Positions 7,549 through 16,148 of a stretch of DNA of 37,405 bases are shown here, one piece after another. Positions within the stretch are counted from its first letter, which is position 1. Every line of letters starts with the position of its first letter. The notes beneath the pieces were generated by a model that saw only the letters and a program-made list of their open reading frames with translations, did no database searches and was not told the origin of the DNA. Origin of the DNA: Actinomycetota bacterium (GTDB lineage Bacteria > Actinomycetota > Acidimicrobiia > IMCC26256 > BP-133); NCBI GenBank assembly GCA_030838785.1, contig JAUZEY010000111.1, forward strand, positions 1 through 37,405, written 5' to 3'. The translations under genes and the position numbers were made by a program.

Positions 7549-9074
7549 GCGCCGGGGCCGGGTCCCGCCCGTCCGACGGCGCCGCGGTCCTCGCCGTCGA
7601 CGTCGGCACCAGCGGCGTGCGGGCGGCGGTGGTGAACGCCGCCGGGGAGGTCGTCACGTCGTGCTACCGGCCGGCGCTGCCGACGTCGCCGATGGTCAAC
7701 TTCGTCGAGTTCGACCCGGCGGAGCAGGCGGCGGTGGCGCTGGCCGTCGCCAGCCAGGCGCTGGCCGACTGGGGCGGCCCGGTGGCGGCTGTGGGGATCG
7801 CCAACCAGCGGGCGTCGACCATCCTCTGGGACCGGCGCAGCGGGGAACCCGTCGGCCCGGGAGTCGGCTGGCAGGATCTGCGCACCGTCGGGATGTGCAT
7901 GGCCCTCCAGGCCCAGGGGCTGCACCTCGCCCCCAACGCCTCGGCCACGAAGCTGGCCTTCCTCCTCGACCTCGCCGACCCCGACCGCACCCGGTCGGCC
8001 GCCGGCGAGCTGGCCTTCGGGACGGTCGACACCTGGCTGGCCTGGGCCCTCTCCGGCGGTGCCGTCCACGTGACCGACCCCGGCAACGCCGGCGTGACCG
8101 GGCTTGTGGCCGGCGACGGGTCGGGGTGGGATCCGGCGGTGCTCGAGACGCTGCGGATCCCGCTGTCGGTGCTGCCGGCGATCGTCGACTCGGCCGGCGT
8201 CGTCGGCCCGGCCACGACCCTGCCCGGGGCGCCGCCCATCGGGGGGCTGGCCGGCGACCAGCAGGCGTCCCTCCTCGGCCAGGGCTGCGTCGTCCCGGGG
8301 GCGGCCAAGCTGACGCTGGGGACGGGCGGCATGCTCGACGTGTGCACTGGGTCGCTTCACCTGGCCCCCGATCCGCAGAACCCGGCGGTGGCTGCACGGG
8401 GCCCGGCCGGGACGATCCCGATCGTGGCCTGGCGCCGGGCCGGCGTCACCACGTGGGGGGCGGAGGGCATCGCCATCACCGCCGGCACGGCGGTGGAGTG
8501 GATCCGGGACGGGCTCGGGCTCGTGCCCGACTCGGCGGCGTCAGAGGCGGTGGCGGCATCGGTTCCCGACACCGGCGGTGTCGTGTTCGTGCCGGCCCTG
8601 TTCGGGCTCGGCACCCCCCGGTGGGACTACGGCGCCCGGGGCGGGTTCTTCGGGATGACCCGGGGGACGGGCCGGGCCGAGATGGTGCGGGCGGTGCTGG
8701 AAGGCGTGGCGCAGCGGGGCGCCGACCTCCTGGAGGCGGCGGAGTCCGACACCGGCCTTTCGGTGGCGGAACTGCGCCTGGACGGCGGCATGTCGGCCAA
8801 CGGTGTCGTGGTCCAGGCGCTGGCGGACTTCACCGGCCGGCCGGTGGCGGTGTCGCCGGTCACGGAGGCGACGACGCTCGGCGCCGCCTACCTGGCCGGT
8901 CTGGCCGTCGGCGTCTGGGCCGACGAGGCGGAGACGGCGGCGTTGTTCCGTCCGAAGCGGGTGGTCGAACCGGCGATCGATGCCGACGCCCGTTCGGCGG
9001 CCCGGGCCCGGTTCGCGGCGGCGGTCGAAGGCTGCGCCGGCTGGGTCCCGGAGCTCTCGGCGATCAACTTCTGA
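7545..9074 (+). CDS. glpK: Glycerol kinase (FGGY carbohydrate kinase family)
   Basis: It has LAVDVGTSGVRAAV (the FGGY N-terminal phosphate loop), GWQDLRT, GDQQASLLGQGC and LRLDGGMSAN. The GTG start overlaps the upstream stop (GTGA at 7545-7548). The 7170-7544 portion of the ORF is out-of-context read-through. Confidence 0.85.
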   Translation: MSAGAGSRPSDGAAVLAVDVGTSGVRAAVVNAAGEVVTSCYRPALPTSPMVNFVEFDPAEQAAVALAVASQALADWGGPVAAVGIANQRASTILWDRRSGEPVGPGVGWQDLRTVGMCMALQAQGLHLAPNASATKLAFLLDLADPDRTRSAAGELAFGTVDTWLAWALSGGAVHVTDPGNAGVTGLVAGDGSGWDPAVLETLRIPLSVLPAIVDSAGVVGPATTLPGAPPIGGLAGDQQASLLGQGCVVPGAAKLTLGTGGMLDVCTGSLHLAPDPQNPAVAARGPAGTIPIVAWRRAGVTTWGAEGIAITAGTAVEWIRDGLGLVPDSAASEAVAASVPDTGGVVFVPALFGLGTPRWDYGARGGFFGMTRGTGRAEMVRAVLEGVAQRGADLLEAAESDTGLSVAELRLDGGMSANGVVVQALADFTGRPVAVSPVTEATTLGAAYLAGLAVGVWADEAETAALFRPKRVVEPAIDADARSAARARFAAAVEGCAGWVPELSAINF

Positions 9075-9075
9075 G

Positions 9076-9112
9076 CCCGTCCCCGATCCGGCGTTCATTT
9101 CAGACGGACGGG
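9076..9112. terminator. Possible bidirectional hairpin between convergent glpK and the GGDEF-EAL gene
   Basis: cccgtcc ... ggacggg is a 7-bp inverted repeat, but the loop is long (about 23 nt) and only a short T-run is present. Confidence 0.25.
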
Positions 9113-9157
9113 TGTCCGATCAGCACGCCGGTTCGGAAGCGGCGCCGGGTCGAGGAA

Positions 9158-10510
9158 CTACCAGCGGGTGTCGTCTTTGATGAACGTGGTAACCGTCTCG
9201 GGCGGGCCGGGGCGGGCCAGGTGGTAGCCCTGAGCCCAGTGGCAACCGAGGTCGCGCAGGGCGTCGAGCTGCTCGGGCGTCTCGACCCCTTCGGCGATGG
9301 TGGTGAGGCCGAGGGCCTGACCGAGGTCGATGACCGCCCGGACGATGGCGGTGTCGCCGGGGTCGGTGCCGAGGCCGGCCACGAAGGTCCGGTCGATCTT
9401 CAGGAAGTCGGCCGGGAGGCGCCGCAGCCAGGTGAGGGAGGAGTGGCCCGTCCCGAAGTCGTCGATGGCCAGGCGGACGCCGAGCTCCTTCAGCCGCTCG
9501 AGGGTGGTGACGCCGGCGCCGGTGGCGTCGAGGAGCGTGTTCTCGGTGATCTCGAAGCAGAGGTGGGAGGCGTCGGCGCCGCTGCGGGCGATGGCGGCCC
9601 CGACCTCGACGGCGAAGCCGGGAGTGGTGAGCTGGCGGCCGGAGAGGTTGATCGAGACCGTCATCGGCGGGGCGTCGAGCGGCTGGAGGGACCGCCAGGC
9701 GGCGGCCTGGGCGGCGGCTTCGGATACGACCCAGGCGCCGAGGGGAACGACGAGGCCCGTCTCCTCGGCGACAGGGATGAACTCCGCCGGCGGGATGAGG
9801 CCCCGCTCGGGGTCCTGCAGCCGGACCAGCGCCTCGGCGCCGGCCAGGGCGCCGCTGCCGAGGTCGACGAGCGGCTGGTAGTGGAGGCGGAGCCCGTCGT
9901 GGTCGAGGGCGTGGCGCAACATCGCCTCGGAGCGGAAGCGGTCGAGGCTGCCGGCGCGGAGCCCGTCCTCGAAGAGCTGGACCCGGTCGCGGCCGGTGTC
10001 CTTGGCCCGGTACATGGCGACGTCGGCGTCCCATAGGAGCGACGACGGGGTGGCGGCCACGGCACCGGGAGTCGACAGGGCGATCCCGACGCTGGCGGTG
10101 ACCACGACCCGCTGACCGGCACCGACCCGCACGGGGACGGCGATCGCCTCCCGCAGCCGGCGGGCCAGGCTGAGGGCCTCGTCGAGGCCGGCGACGTCCT
10201 CGGCCAGGACGACGAACTCGTCGCCGCCGAGCCGGGCCACGGTGTCGGCTGAGCGCATGGTGCGCTCCAGCCGGCGGGCCACCTCCACGAGGAGGTCGTC
10301 GCCCACGCCATGGCCGAGCGAGTCGTTGACCACCTTGAAGCGGTCGAGGTCGAGGAACAGCACCGCCACGGACCCCGGCCGGCGCCGGGCCCGGGCCAGG
10401 GCCTGGGCCAACTGCTCCATGAGCAGGCCGCGGTTGGCCAGCCCCGTCAACGGGTCGTGCAGGGCGCGGTAGAGCGCCCGCCGGAGCGGGGATTCAGACG
10501 CGAGTGTCAA
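9158..10510 (-). CDS. GGDEF-EAL protein (diguanylate cyclase/phosphodiesterase), no N-terminal sensor domain
   Basis: 450 aa. The GGDEF domain begins about residue 15 (DPLTGLANRG). It has an intact GGDEF motif with RSAD (an RxxD I-site) 5 residues upstream, and an EAL domain with EALVRL, the DDFGTG(H)SSL loop and a QGY motif. Confidence 0.9.
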   Translation of the reverse strand: MTLASESPLRRALYRALHDPLTGLANRGLLMEQLAQALARARRRPGSVAVLFLDLDRFKVVNDSLGHGVGDDLLVEVARRLERTMRSADTVARLGGDEFVVLAEDVAGLDEALSLARRLREAIAVPVRVGAGQRVVVTASVGIALSTPGAVAATPSSLLWDADVAMYRAKDTGRDRVQLFEDGLRAGSLDRFRSEAMLRHALDHDGLRLHYQPLVDLGSGALAGAEALVRLQDPERGLIPPAEFIPVAEETGLVVPLGAWVVSEAAAQAAAWRSLQPLDAPPMTVSINLSGRQLTTPGFAVEVGAAIARSGADASHLCFEITENTLLDATGAGVTTLERLKELGVRLAIDDFGTGHSSLTWLRRLPADFLKIDRTFVAGLGTDPGDTAIVRAVIDLGQALGLTTIAEGVETPEQLDALRDLGCHWAQGYHLARPGPPETVTTFIKDDTRW

Positions 10511-10636
10511 GGGGCCACCGCAGCGGTCACAGACCGGAGTGTGGGGGACAGCCGGGTCAGAGGAAATGACCCGAAGGAACTAGTCCTCCGGTGCGATCGC
10601 CCCAAACCGGACATCGGTGCCGGCCGGCGGGGCCGG

Positions 10637-10642
10637 TAGGAT
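10637..10642 (+). promoter_or_regulatory. Candidate -10 hexamer TAGGAT for rnpB
   Basis: A TANNNT hexamer lies 8-9 nt upstream of the first base of the P1 helix of the RNase P RNA. Confidence 0.4.
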
Positions 10643-10650
10643 GACGGTTG

Positions 10651-11038
10651 GTGGTGAGTCGGCCAGGCGGCCGCGTGCCGGCTTGACCGGCCCGAGGAAC
10701 GTCCGGACTCCACAGGGCAAGGTGCTGGGTAACACCCAGTCGAGGTGACTCGCAGGACAGTGCCACAGAAAACAGACCGCCGATGGCGACACACCCCCGG
10801 GGGTGCCGCACAGGTAAGGGTGCAACGGTGCGGTAAGAGCGCACCAGCGCCCGGGGTGACCCGGGCGGCTCGGTAAACCCCACCCGGAGCAAGGCCAGAC
10901 AGGGGGAGGACGGCCCGTCCGACCAAAACCCCCGGGTAGGCCGCAAGAGCCGTCGGGTAACCGCCGGCCGAGAGGGATGGCCGCCTCAGGCGCTACGGCG
11001 CCGAGACAGAATCCGGCGTACAGGCCGGCTCACCACCA
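10651..11038 (+). ncRNA. rnpB: RNase P RNA, bacterial type A
   Basis: Universally conserved P4 strands are present: GAGGAACGUCCGGACUCCACAGGGCA near the 5' end and ACAGAAUCCGGCGUACAGGCC near the 3' end. Also present are ACAGAAAACA and GGUAAGGGUGCAACGGUGCGGUAAGAGCGCACC. P1 pairs 5' GUGGUGAGUCGGCC with 3' GGCCGGCUCACCAC (one G-U). The ends are approximate, within a few nt. Confidence 0.92.
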
Positions 11039-11144
11039 CACCTGTGACCTGCGGAAACGCACCGAAATGGACAGTACGTTCCGTACAGGCCGATCGATCG
11101 CCTGAAGGGCTGGCTAACTGCAGCGATGCGTCGGACGGTCCGGC

Positions 11145-11184
11145 CCGGGACCACATAGGGACCACAAGAACTCGAGTCGGTGCC
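11145..11184 (+). repeat. Copy A of an intergenic repeated element (core CCGGGACCACATNGGGACCACRAGA)
   Basis: The 25-nt core matches 23/25 with 32953-32977 in the same orientation, and weaker similarity continues (CGAG.CGGT.CC). Internally it is a direct repeat of GGGACCAC with 12-nt period. It lies between the rnpB 3' end and the amidase stop. Confidence 0.6.
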
Positions 11185-11219
11185 CGGACAACCTCGTTTC
11201 GCCGGTTCCCGGGGCGACA

Positions 11220-12734
11220 TCATGGCCGTACACCCTTGTCCCCGAATTCGAAGATGAACGGCCGGGCACGGGGAGTTGAGTTCCCGGGGTCCTCGTGCCC
11301 GACGGCCACTGCCGGGACGCGGGCGGCCCATGGGAAGAGATCTTCGAGCTGGCCGGCAAGTCGGAGGAGCGTCGCCTCATCGGCGAAGCGGCCGACGAGC
11401 TGAACACCGACGGGGAGACCCGTTTCGGTCCAGGCGAGGGGCAGGCTCACGGCGGGTTGGCCGGTGATGTTGAACATGGCGGTGAAGGGGCAGTACTCGT
11501 CGAACAGCTTGCGGATCCAGCCTTCGGCGCTGAGGGAGGCGTCATCCTGGTTGAGCTCTCCCAGCCGCCAGGGCGGGCGGGCAGTCGAGGGCAACACCAG
11601 CACGTCGACCGTCTCGAAGTAGGAACCGACCCCGCGGGCGACGGTGTTGCAGCCGACGTGGCTGTCGAGCAACTCGACCGCCGACGTCACCTGCCCGAGC
11701 TCGATCATGGCCATCGTCATGGCCTCGACGGTGTCCGGTGACGGCGGGCAACCGAGGGCTCGCTCGAGCATGGCCGCACGCTGGGCGAGCGCAGCCGCCC
11801 AGCTCGTCATCAACGCCCGATGGAGCACCTCGGGATCGATCTCCGGTCTTGCTTCGACGACGTCATGGCCGACGCGCTCAAGGGCCTTGGCGGTCCCTTC
11901 AACGGCGGAGCGGCACTCCGGAGCCACGTGACAGCCCGACCACGCCTCGGCCGTCCAGCCGATGCGAAGGCGGCCTGACTCGGCGCCCACCTCCTCAACG
12001 TAGGGCCGGACGGGCGGCGGGATCAGGTACTTGTCTCCCGGGACGGGGCCGTGGAGGGCGTCGAGAGCGGCCGCCACATCGCGCACAGTCCGTGCGATGA
12101 CGAAGTCGTGGGCGAATCCGTGGACGGCCTCCCACGCCCCCGGGGCGATCGGGATGCGAGAGCGCGTCGGTTTCATCCCGACCGCACCACAAAGCGACGC
12201 CGGAATCCGGATCGAACCCGCGGCGTCCGTGGCGTGGGCAATGGGGAGCGCCCGAGCGGCCACGAGCGCCGCCGCTCCCCCGCTCGATCCGCCGGCGCTG
12301 AGACCGACGTCCCAGGGGTTGCAGGTCGCCCCGTGGGCTTTGGGCTCCGTGCTGGCGTTGAAGGCGAATTCCGGCGAGCGGCTGCGGGCGATCGCCTTCA
12401 GGCCGGCGGCATGGAAGCGCCGACCCAGATACGAGTCCTCGGCGGCCCTGATCCCTGTTCGGGTCCAACGGCTTCCGTACTGCACGACCTGGCCCTTCAG
12501 GTGAGGGGCCACGTCTTTGAGGGCGAACGGGACGCCGGCCAACGGTGCATCTCCGGGGGGGCCGGCCCCGCCCGTTGGCTCGAAGAGGTCTCCGACCGTG
12601 GCGTGCAGCGCTGGCTCGACGATCTCGATGGCGCGGCGCGCCGCCTCCTCGAGCTCTCCGGGCGTCACCTCCCCCGCTCGGACGAGGGCGGCCAGCCCGA
12701 CGGCGTCATGGTCGGCGTAGTCGCTCAGGTCCAC
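11220..12734 (-). CDS. Amidase (amidase-signature family)
   Basis: 504 aa with the AS signature GGSSGGAAALVAA...ATDAAGSIRIPASLCG. It has a GTG start, is the last gene of the long minus-strand operon, and starts 15 nt after the thiolase stop. Confidence 0.85.
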   Translation of the reverse strand: MDLSDYADHDAVGLAALVRAGEVTPGELEEAARRAIEIVEPALHATVGDLFEPTGGAGPPGDAPLAGVPFALKDVAPHLKGQVVQYGSRWTRTGIRAAEDSYLGRRFHAAGLKAIARSRSPEFAFNASTEPKAHGATCNPWDVGLSAGGSSGGAAALVAARALPIAHATDAAGSIRIPASLCGAVGMKPTRSRIPIAPGAWEAVHGFAHDFVIARTVRDVAAALDALHGPVPGDKYLIPPPVRPYVEEVGAESGRLRIGWTAEAWSGCHVAPECRSAVEGTAKALERVGHDVVEARPEIDPEVLHRALMTSWAAALAQRAAMLERALGCPPSPDTVEAMTMAMIELGQVTSAVELLDSHVGCNTVARGVGSYFETVDVLVLPSTARPPWRLGELNQDDASLSAEGWIRKLFDEYCPFTAMFNITGQPAVSLPLAWTETGLPVGVQLVGRFADEATLLRLAGQLEDLFPWAARVPAVAVGHEDPGNSTPRARPFIFEFGDKGVRP

Positions 12735-12749
12735 GGCGAGAAGTTTGGT

Positions 12750-13946
12750 TCAGGTCGGTTCGACCCGCACGACGGCGGCGGCGCCGGTGTCGCCGGCAGC
12801 GCAGCCGGTGAACAGGCCGGTACCGCCACCCCGGCGGCGGAGGACCTCGATCAGTTCGGCGACCCCGCGGGCCCCCGTCGGTGCCTGGGGGTGGCCGTAG
12901 ACCAGGCTGCAGCCATAAGGGTTCATCGCCTCGGGGTCAATGCCCATCTGCTGGGCGAACCACAGGTCGTTGACGGCGAATGGGTTGTGGGTCTTGATCA
13001 CGTCGACGGCCTCGATGGTGAGGTCGGCGTCGGAAAGGGCCTGGCGGGCGGCGGGAACGGGCGCCTTGGGCATGCGGCCCTTCTCGACGCGGGCGAAGCC
13101 GGTGGCCAGGATGCGGGCGATGCCGGCGCCACCGGATAGTTCCCGGGCCCGGTCCTTCCCGGCCACGATCATCCCGGCCGTGCCGTCGGCGGGGTGGGTC
13201 TGGCTGCCGAAACTGACGACGCCTCCCGGCGCCACCGGGGCGAGCTTGGCCAGCGCTTCGGCGGTCGTGTCGTGGACGCCCTCGTCGGCCTGGACCACGA
13301 GCGCCGGCCCACGCCGGCGCTCGATGTTGACCGGCACCATCCACGGCCGCTGGAAGGCCCGGCCGTCGGCCAGGGCGTCGCGGTACTGCTGATAGCGGAA
13401 GAGGGTCAGGTCGTCGAGCTCCTCCTTGGTCATCCCGCCCTCGGCGGCCACCGCTTCGGCGGTGGCGACCATCGACGTGCCGCCCCAGGGGTCGCGTTCG
13501 AAGGAGTCGAGCACCCACCGCTCCACGTCGGGCGTCCCGCCGGGCCGGGCGCCGCCGGGGTGGATCAGGACGGGCCCGTTGCTGGTGCGGTCGGTGGTGA
13601 CGGCCAGCACGACGGCGCCCGGTTCGAGCGCCACGGTGGCCGCCGCTGCCTCCAGGCAGGCGACACCGGTGGCGCAGGCCTGCGACAGCATGGCGCCGCT
13701 GACGTCGGTGGCGCCGAGGCGGGCGGCCAGCGTCGGGGCGCCGTAGAATGATTCGCGCTGCGGGACCGTCCAGCCCAAGACGAGCCGCGTGATGACGGTG
13801 GGATCGAGGGCGGCCCGGGCCAGGGCATCGCGGGTGACGGCCGCGGCCAGGTCGAGGCTGCTGACGTCAGCCAGCGATCCCTGCCAGCGGACGAACGGCG
13901 AGGACCAGGCCAGCCCGAGCGGGATGCAGGGCGTACCGAGCTTCAT
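12750..13946 (-). CDS. Thiolase-family acetyl-CoA C-acyltransferase
   Basis: 398 aa with candidate catalytic residues in the expected order: SQACATG (nucleophilic Cys), GHPQAPTG (His) and GCAAGD (C-terminal Cys). The ATG overlaps the ligase stop (ATGA at 13943-13946). Confidence 0.85.
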   Translation of the reverse strand: MKLGTPCIPLGLAWSSPFVRWQGSLADVSSLDLAAAVTRDALARAALDPTVITRLVLGWTVPQRESFYGAPTLAARLGATDVSGAMLSQACATGVACLEAAAATVALEPGAVVLAVTTDRTSNGPVLIHPGGARPGGTPDVERWVLDSFERDPWGGTSMVATAEAVAAEGGMTKEELDDLTLFRYQQYRDALADGRAFQRPWMVPVNIERRRGPALVVQADEGVHDTTAEALAKLAPVAPGGVVSFGSQTHPADGTAGMIVAGKDRARELSGGAGIARILATGFARVEKGRMPKAPVPAARQALSDADLTIEAVDVIKTHNPFAVNDLWFAQQMGIDPEAMNPYGCSLVYGHPQAPTGARGVAELIEVLRRRGGGTGLFTGCAAGDTGAAAVVRVEPT

Positions 13947-15319
13947 CAGCGTTCCTCTTTTCCCGTTTCGCCGTTGGCGCGAACATGAACCAGCGGGGTC
14001 TTGTAGGCGCCGCGGGGCAGCGTTCCGGGAGCCACGACCGACACCACCGCCCGGACCTGGAGGCGGCCGCGCAGCTCGGCCTCGATCCGGCGGGCCAGGC
14101 CGGCGTAGCGGTCGGTCTCGAGGCCTTCGGCGGCTTCGATGTCCACGGGGATGGCATCGTCGAAGCGAACCTGATCAGGGCGGTCCTTCCAGATCCGTAC
14201 GTAGGGTTCGACGGCGTCGCCGACGGCGGAGAGGGCGACGTCGCGGATGGCGGTCGGGAAGACGTTCATCCCCTTGTAGATCAGCATGTCGTCGGTCCGC
14301 CCGATGCAGCGGATCCGCGGTGACGTGCGCCCGCAGCGGCAGTCGACGCCGGTGACCACGACGTGGTCGGACGAGCGGTAGCGCAGCATCGGCGTCGCCT
14401 CCCGGGCGAACGTCGTGTAGACGACCTCGCCGGTGGCGCCCTCCCGCCAGCGGCGCTGCGCTCCGGTGGCGGGATCGATGAGCTCGATGGCCACGCCCCG
14501 CTGGGCGCAGAAGTGCATGCCGCGTTCATCGTCGCACTCCCCCCATACCGCCGACAGCACGTCGGCCAGCCCCATGACCTCCCGCACGTGGTCGAGGCCC
14601 CACCCGGACCGGACCTTCTCCCGGATCTCAGGCTGACCGAAGCCCGGCTCGCCACCGCCGAGGAACTTGGTGATGCCGAGGGAGGCGGCGGGGACGCCGA
14701 TCAGGTCCTCGCAGTGGTCGGTCAGGTACGTGCCGAACGAGGCGGTGGACAGGACGGCGTTGACCTGGAGCCGGGGAAACGAGCGGAGGATGCGTTCGGT
14801 CGGGAACCCGCCGAGCCAGGCCAGGGTGGCGCCGATGGTGCGGAAGCCGTCGGCGTAGGGCAGGCCGCCGGCGACACCGGGGAGGCCTACAAGGTGGGCG
14901 ACGACGTCGTCGGGACGGATGCCGGCGGTGAAGAACACGGCGGCGATCGTCTGACGCCACAGCTCGAGGTCGGCGGCAGTGAGGGCGTAGTGCAGCGGAT
15001 GGCCCGTCGTCCCCGACGACGACACGACCTGGACGATCTCCGACAGCGGCACCGCCTGATGGCGCCCGAACGGCTCGCCCGGCGAATTCTCCTCCTGGGA
15101 GCGGCGCAGCTCGTCCTTGGTGGTGAACGGCAACTCGGCCAGCAGCTCCAGGGACCGGGGGCTCCCCGCCGGCCGGGCGGGCGAGTCGACGCGGTCCTTG
15201 TGGAAATCGGACCGGGCCCGCAGCCCGTCGAGGAAGTGGACGAGGTGACCGGCCTGCCAGGCCTCCACCTCGGACCACGGCGCCGTCTCCAGCTCCTCGT
15301 CCCAATACCGCCGGTCCAT
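13946..15319 (-). CDS. Phenylacetate-CoA ligase (PaaK)/coenzyme F390 synthetase-family adenylate-forming ligase
   Basis: 457 aa with the AMP-binding P-loop SSSGTTGHP and PaaK-like architecture (N-terminus MDRRYWDEE...E.WQ, C-terminal small domain). The ATG at 15319 is preceded by AAGGAG 8 nt upstream. The longer ORF start at 15343 would overlap the upstream gene. Confidence 0.8.
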   Translation of the reverse strand: MDRRYWDEELETAPWSEVEAWQAGHLVHFLDGLRARSDFHKDRVDSPARPAGSPRSLELLAELPFTTKDELRRSQEENSPGEPFGRHQAVPLSEIVQVVSSSGTTGHPLHYALTAADLELWRQTIAAVFFTAGIRPDDVVAHLVGLPGVAGGLPYADGFRTIGATLAWLGGFPTERILRSFPRLQVNAVLSTASFGTYLTDHCEDLIGVPAASLGITKFLGGGEPGFGQPEIREKVRSGWGLDHVREVMGLADVLSAVWGECDDERGMHFCAQRGVAIELIDPATGAQRRWREGATGEVVYTTFAREATPMLRYRSSDHVVVTGVDCRCGRTSPRIRCIGRTDDMLIYKGMNVFPTAIRDVALSAVGDAVEPYVRIWKDRPDQVRFDDAIPVDIEAAEGLETDRYAGLARRIEAELRGRLQVRAVVSVVAPGTLPRGAYKTPLVHVRANGETGKEER

Positions 15320-15332
15320 GGTTGCCAGCTCC

Positions 15333-16136
15333 TTAGGGGACAAGCCCGTCCGTCACCCGACGGCAGGCCTCCAGCACCTCGGCGAACCTGCACGACCCGG
15401 GGACGACGCCAGCCGTCAGCGTCAGTGGCGTTCCCGGCGGCGGCGCCGCCCACTCCTTCGGCTCGGCCGCCAATGTGACGCCCCGCAACCGGTTGGCCGG
15501 ACCGGCGATCGTCGTTCCCTCGGGGCCGCACAACCCGATCGATGGCGGGACGCCGGACAGCGCGTCGGCGGTGGCATGGCGCACGATCATCACCGGCGCC
15601 GCCTGGTGGAAGCGCGTCACATTGACCAGCGGCGTCACCACCGACCGCCAGGCGTCGAGGACGGCGGGGGGAGGCAGCGCCTCCTCCACGACGACGACGA
15701 GGTTGACGCCGGCTTCAAGGAACCGCTTCAGCACTCCCAGAAGCCGCGCTCCCACGTCCTCCAGCACCGCCGCCGCCACCTCGTCGGCCAACGATCCCGC
15801 TTCCGCCTGCTCGGCCATCCGGGCCGGGCCGGTCAGGACGGCGACGAGCACCGGCTCGCCTGCTGACGTCGTGGCCAGCCGGCCGGTGGCCTCCACTGCC
15901 GCCTTCACCGTGTCGCCCGACCAATCACCGCCGAAGACCGTGATGGCGTCGGTGCCGAGCGCCTGGTGCAGCGCCGTGAGGCCCTTGGCCAGCTTCGTCG
16001 GGTCGGTCAGGAAGGCGTCGAGGGGCAGCGCCTCGATTTCGGCCGCCTGGGCCAGCACCAGCGGGGCGAACAACCCGGGCTGGGCCCGGCCGCTCCGAGC
16101 GAGCAACCGGGCCCGGGCACGGGGGGTGGGAGGCAT
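15333..16136 (-). CDS. Hypothetical protein, operon-internal (tentatively a truncated uroporphyrinogen-decarboxylase/MtaA-like TIM-barrel fold)
   Basis: This 267-aa ORF is wedged between the hydantoinase-B-like gene (stop 16149) and the ligase gene. The sequence pattern (AEIEALPLDAFLTDPTKLAKGL...ALGTDAITVF ... FLEAGVNLVVVVEEA) recalls URO-D-like proteins, but the protein is short and I see no clear metal ligands. The fold assignment is weak. Confidence 0.5.
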   Translation of the reverse strand: MPPTPRARARLLARSGRAQPGLFAPLVLAQAAEIEALPLDAFLTDPTKLAKGLTALHQALGTDAITVFGGDWSGDTVKAAVEATGRLATTSAGEPVLVAVLTGPARMAEQAEAGSLADEVAAAVLEDVGARLLGVLKRFLEAGVNLVVVVEEALPPPAVLDAWRSVVTPLVNVTRFHQAAPVMIVRHATADALSGVPPSIGLCGPEGTTIAGPANRLRGVTLAAEPKEWAAPPPGTPLTLTAGVVPGSCRFAEVLEACRRVTDGLVP

Positions 16137-16148
16137 GGCGTCGATGTC

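Noticed and set aside
10507-10946. Three overlapping minus-strand ORFs (81-139 aa) and a plus-strand ORF across 10.5-11.0 kb.
   Set aside because: The region is fully explained by the RNase P RNA gene (conserved P4 strands, P1 pairing). The ORFs have no protein-like features.
11130-11155. The GGTCCGGCCCGGGACC palindrome downstream of rnpB as an intrinsic terminator.
   Set aside because: The stem is short, there is no following T-run, and it overlaps the repeated GGGACCAC element, which explains part of the symmetry. I did not annotate it as a terminator.
12741-12775. A GGTTCGACCC string resembling a tRNA T-loop.
   Set aside because: No flanking acceptor, D or anticodon arm pairing can be drawn. 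The string lies at the 3' end of the thiolase CDS.
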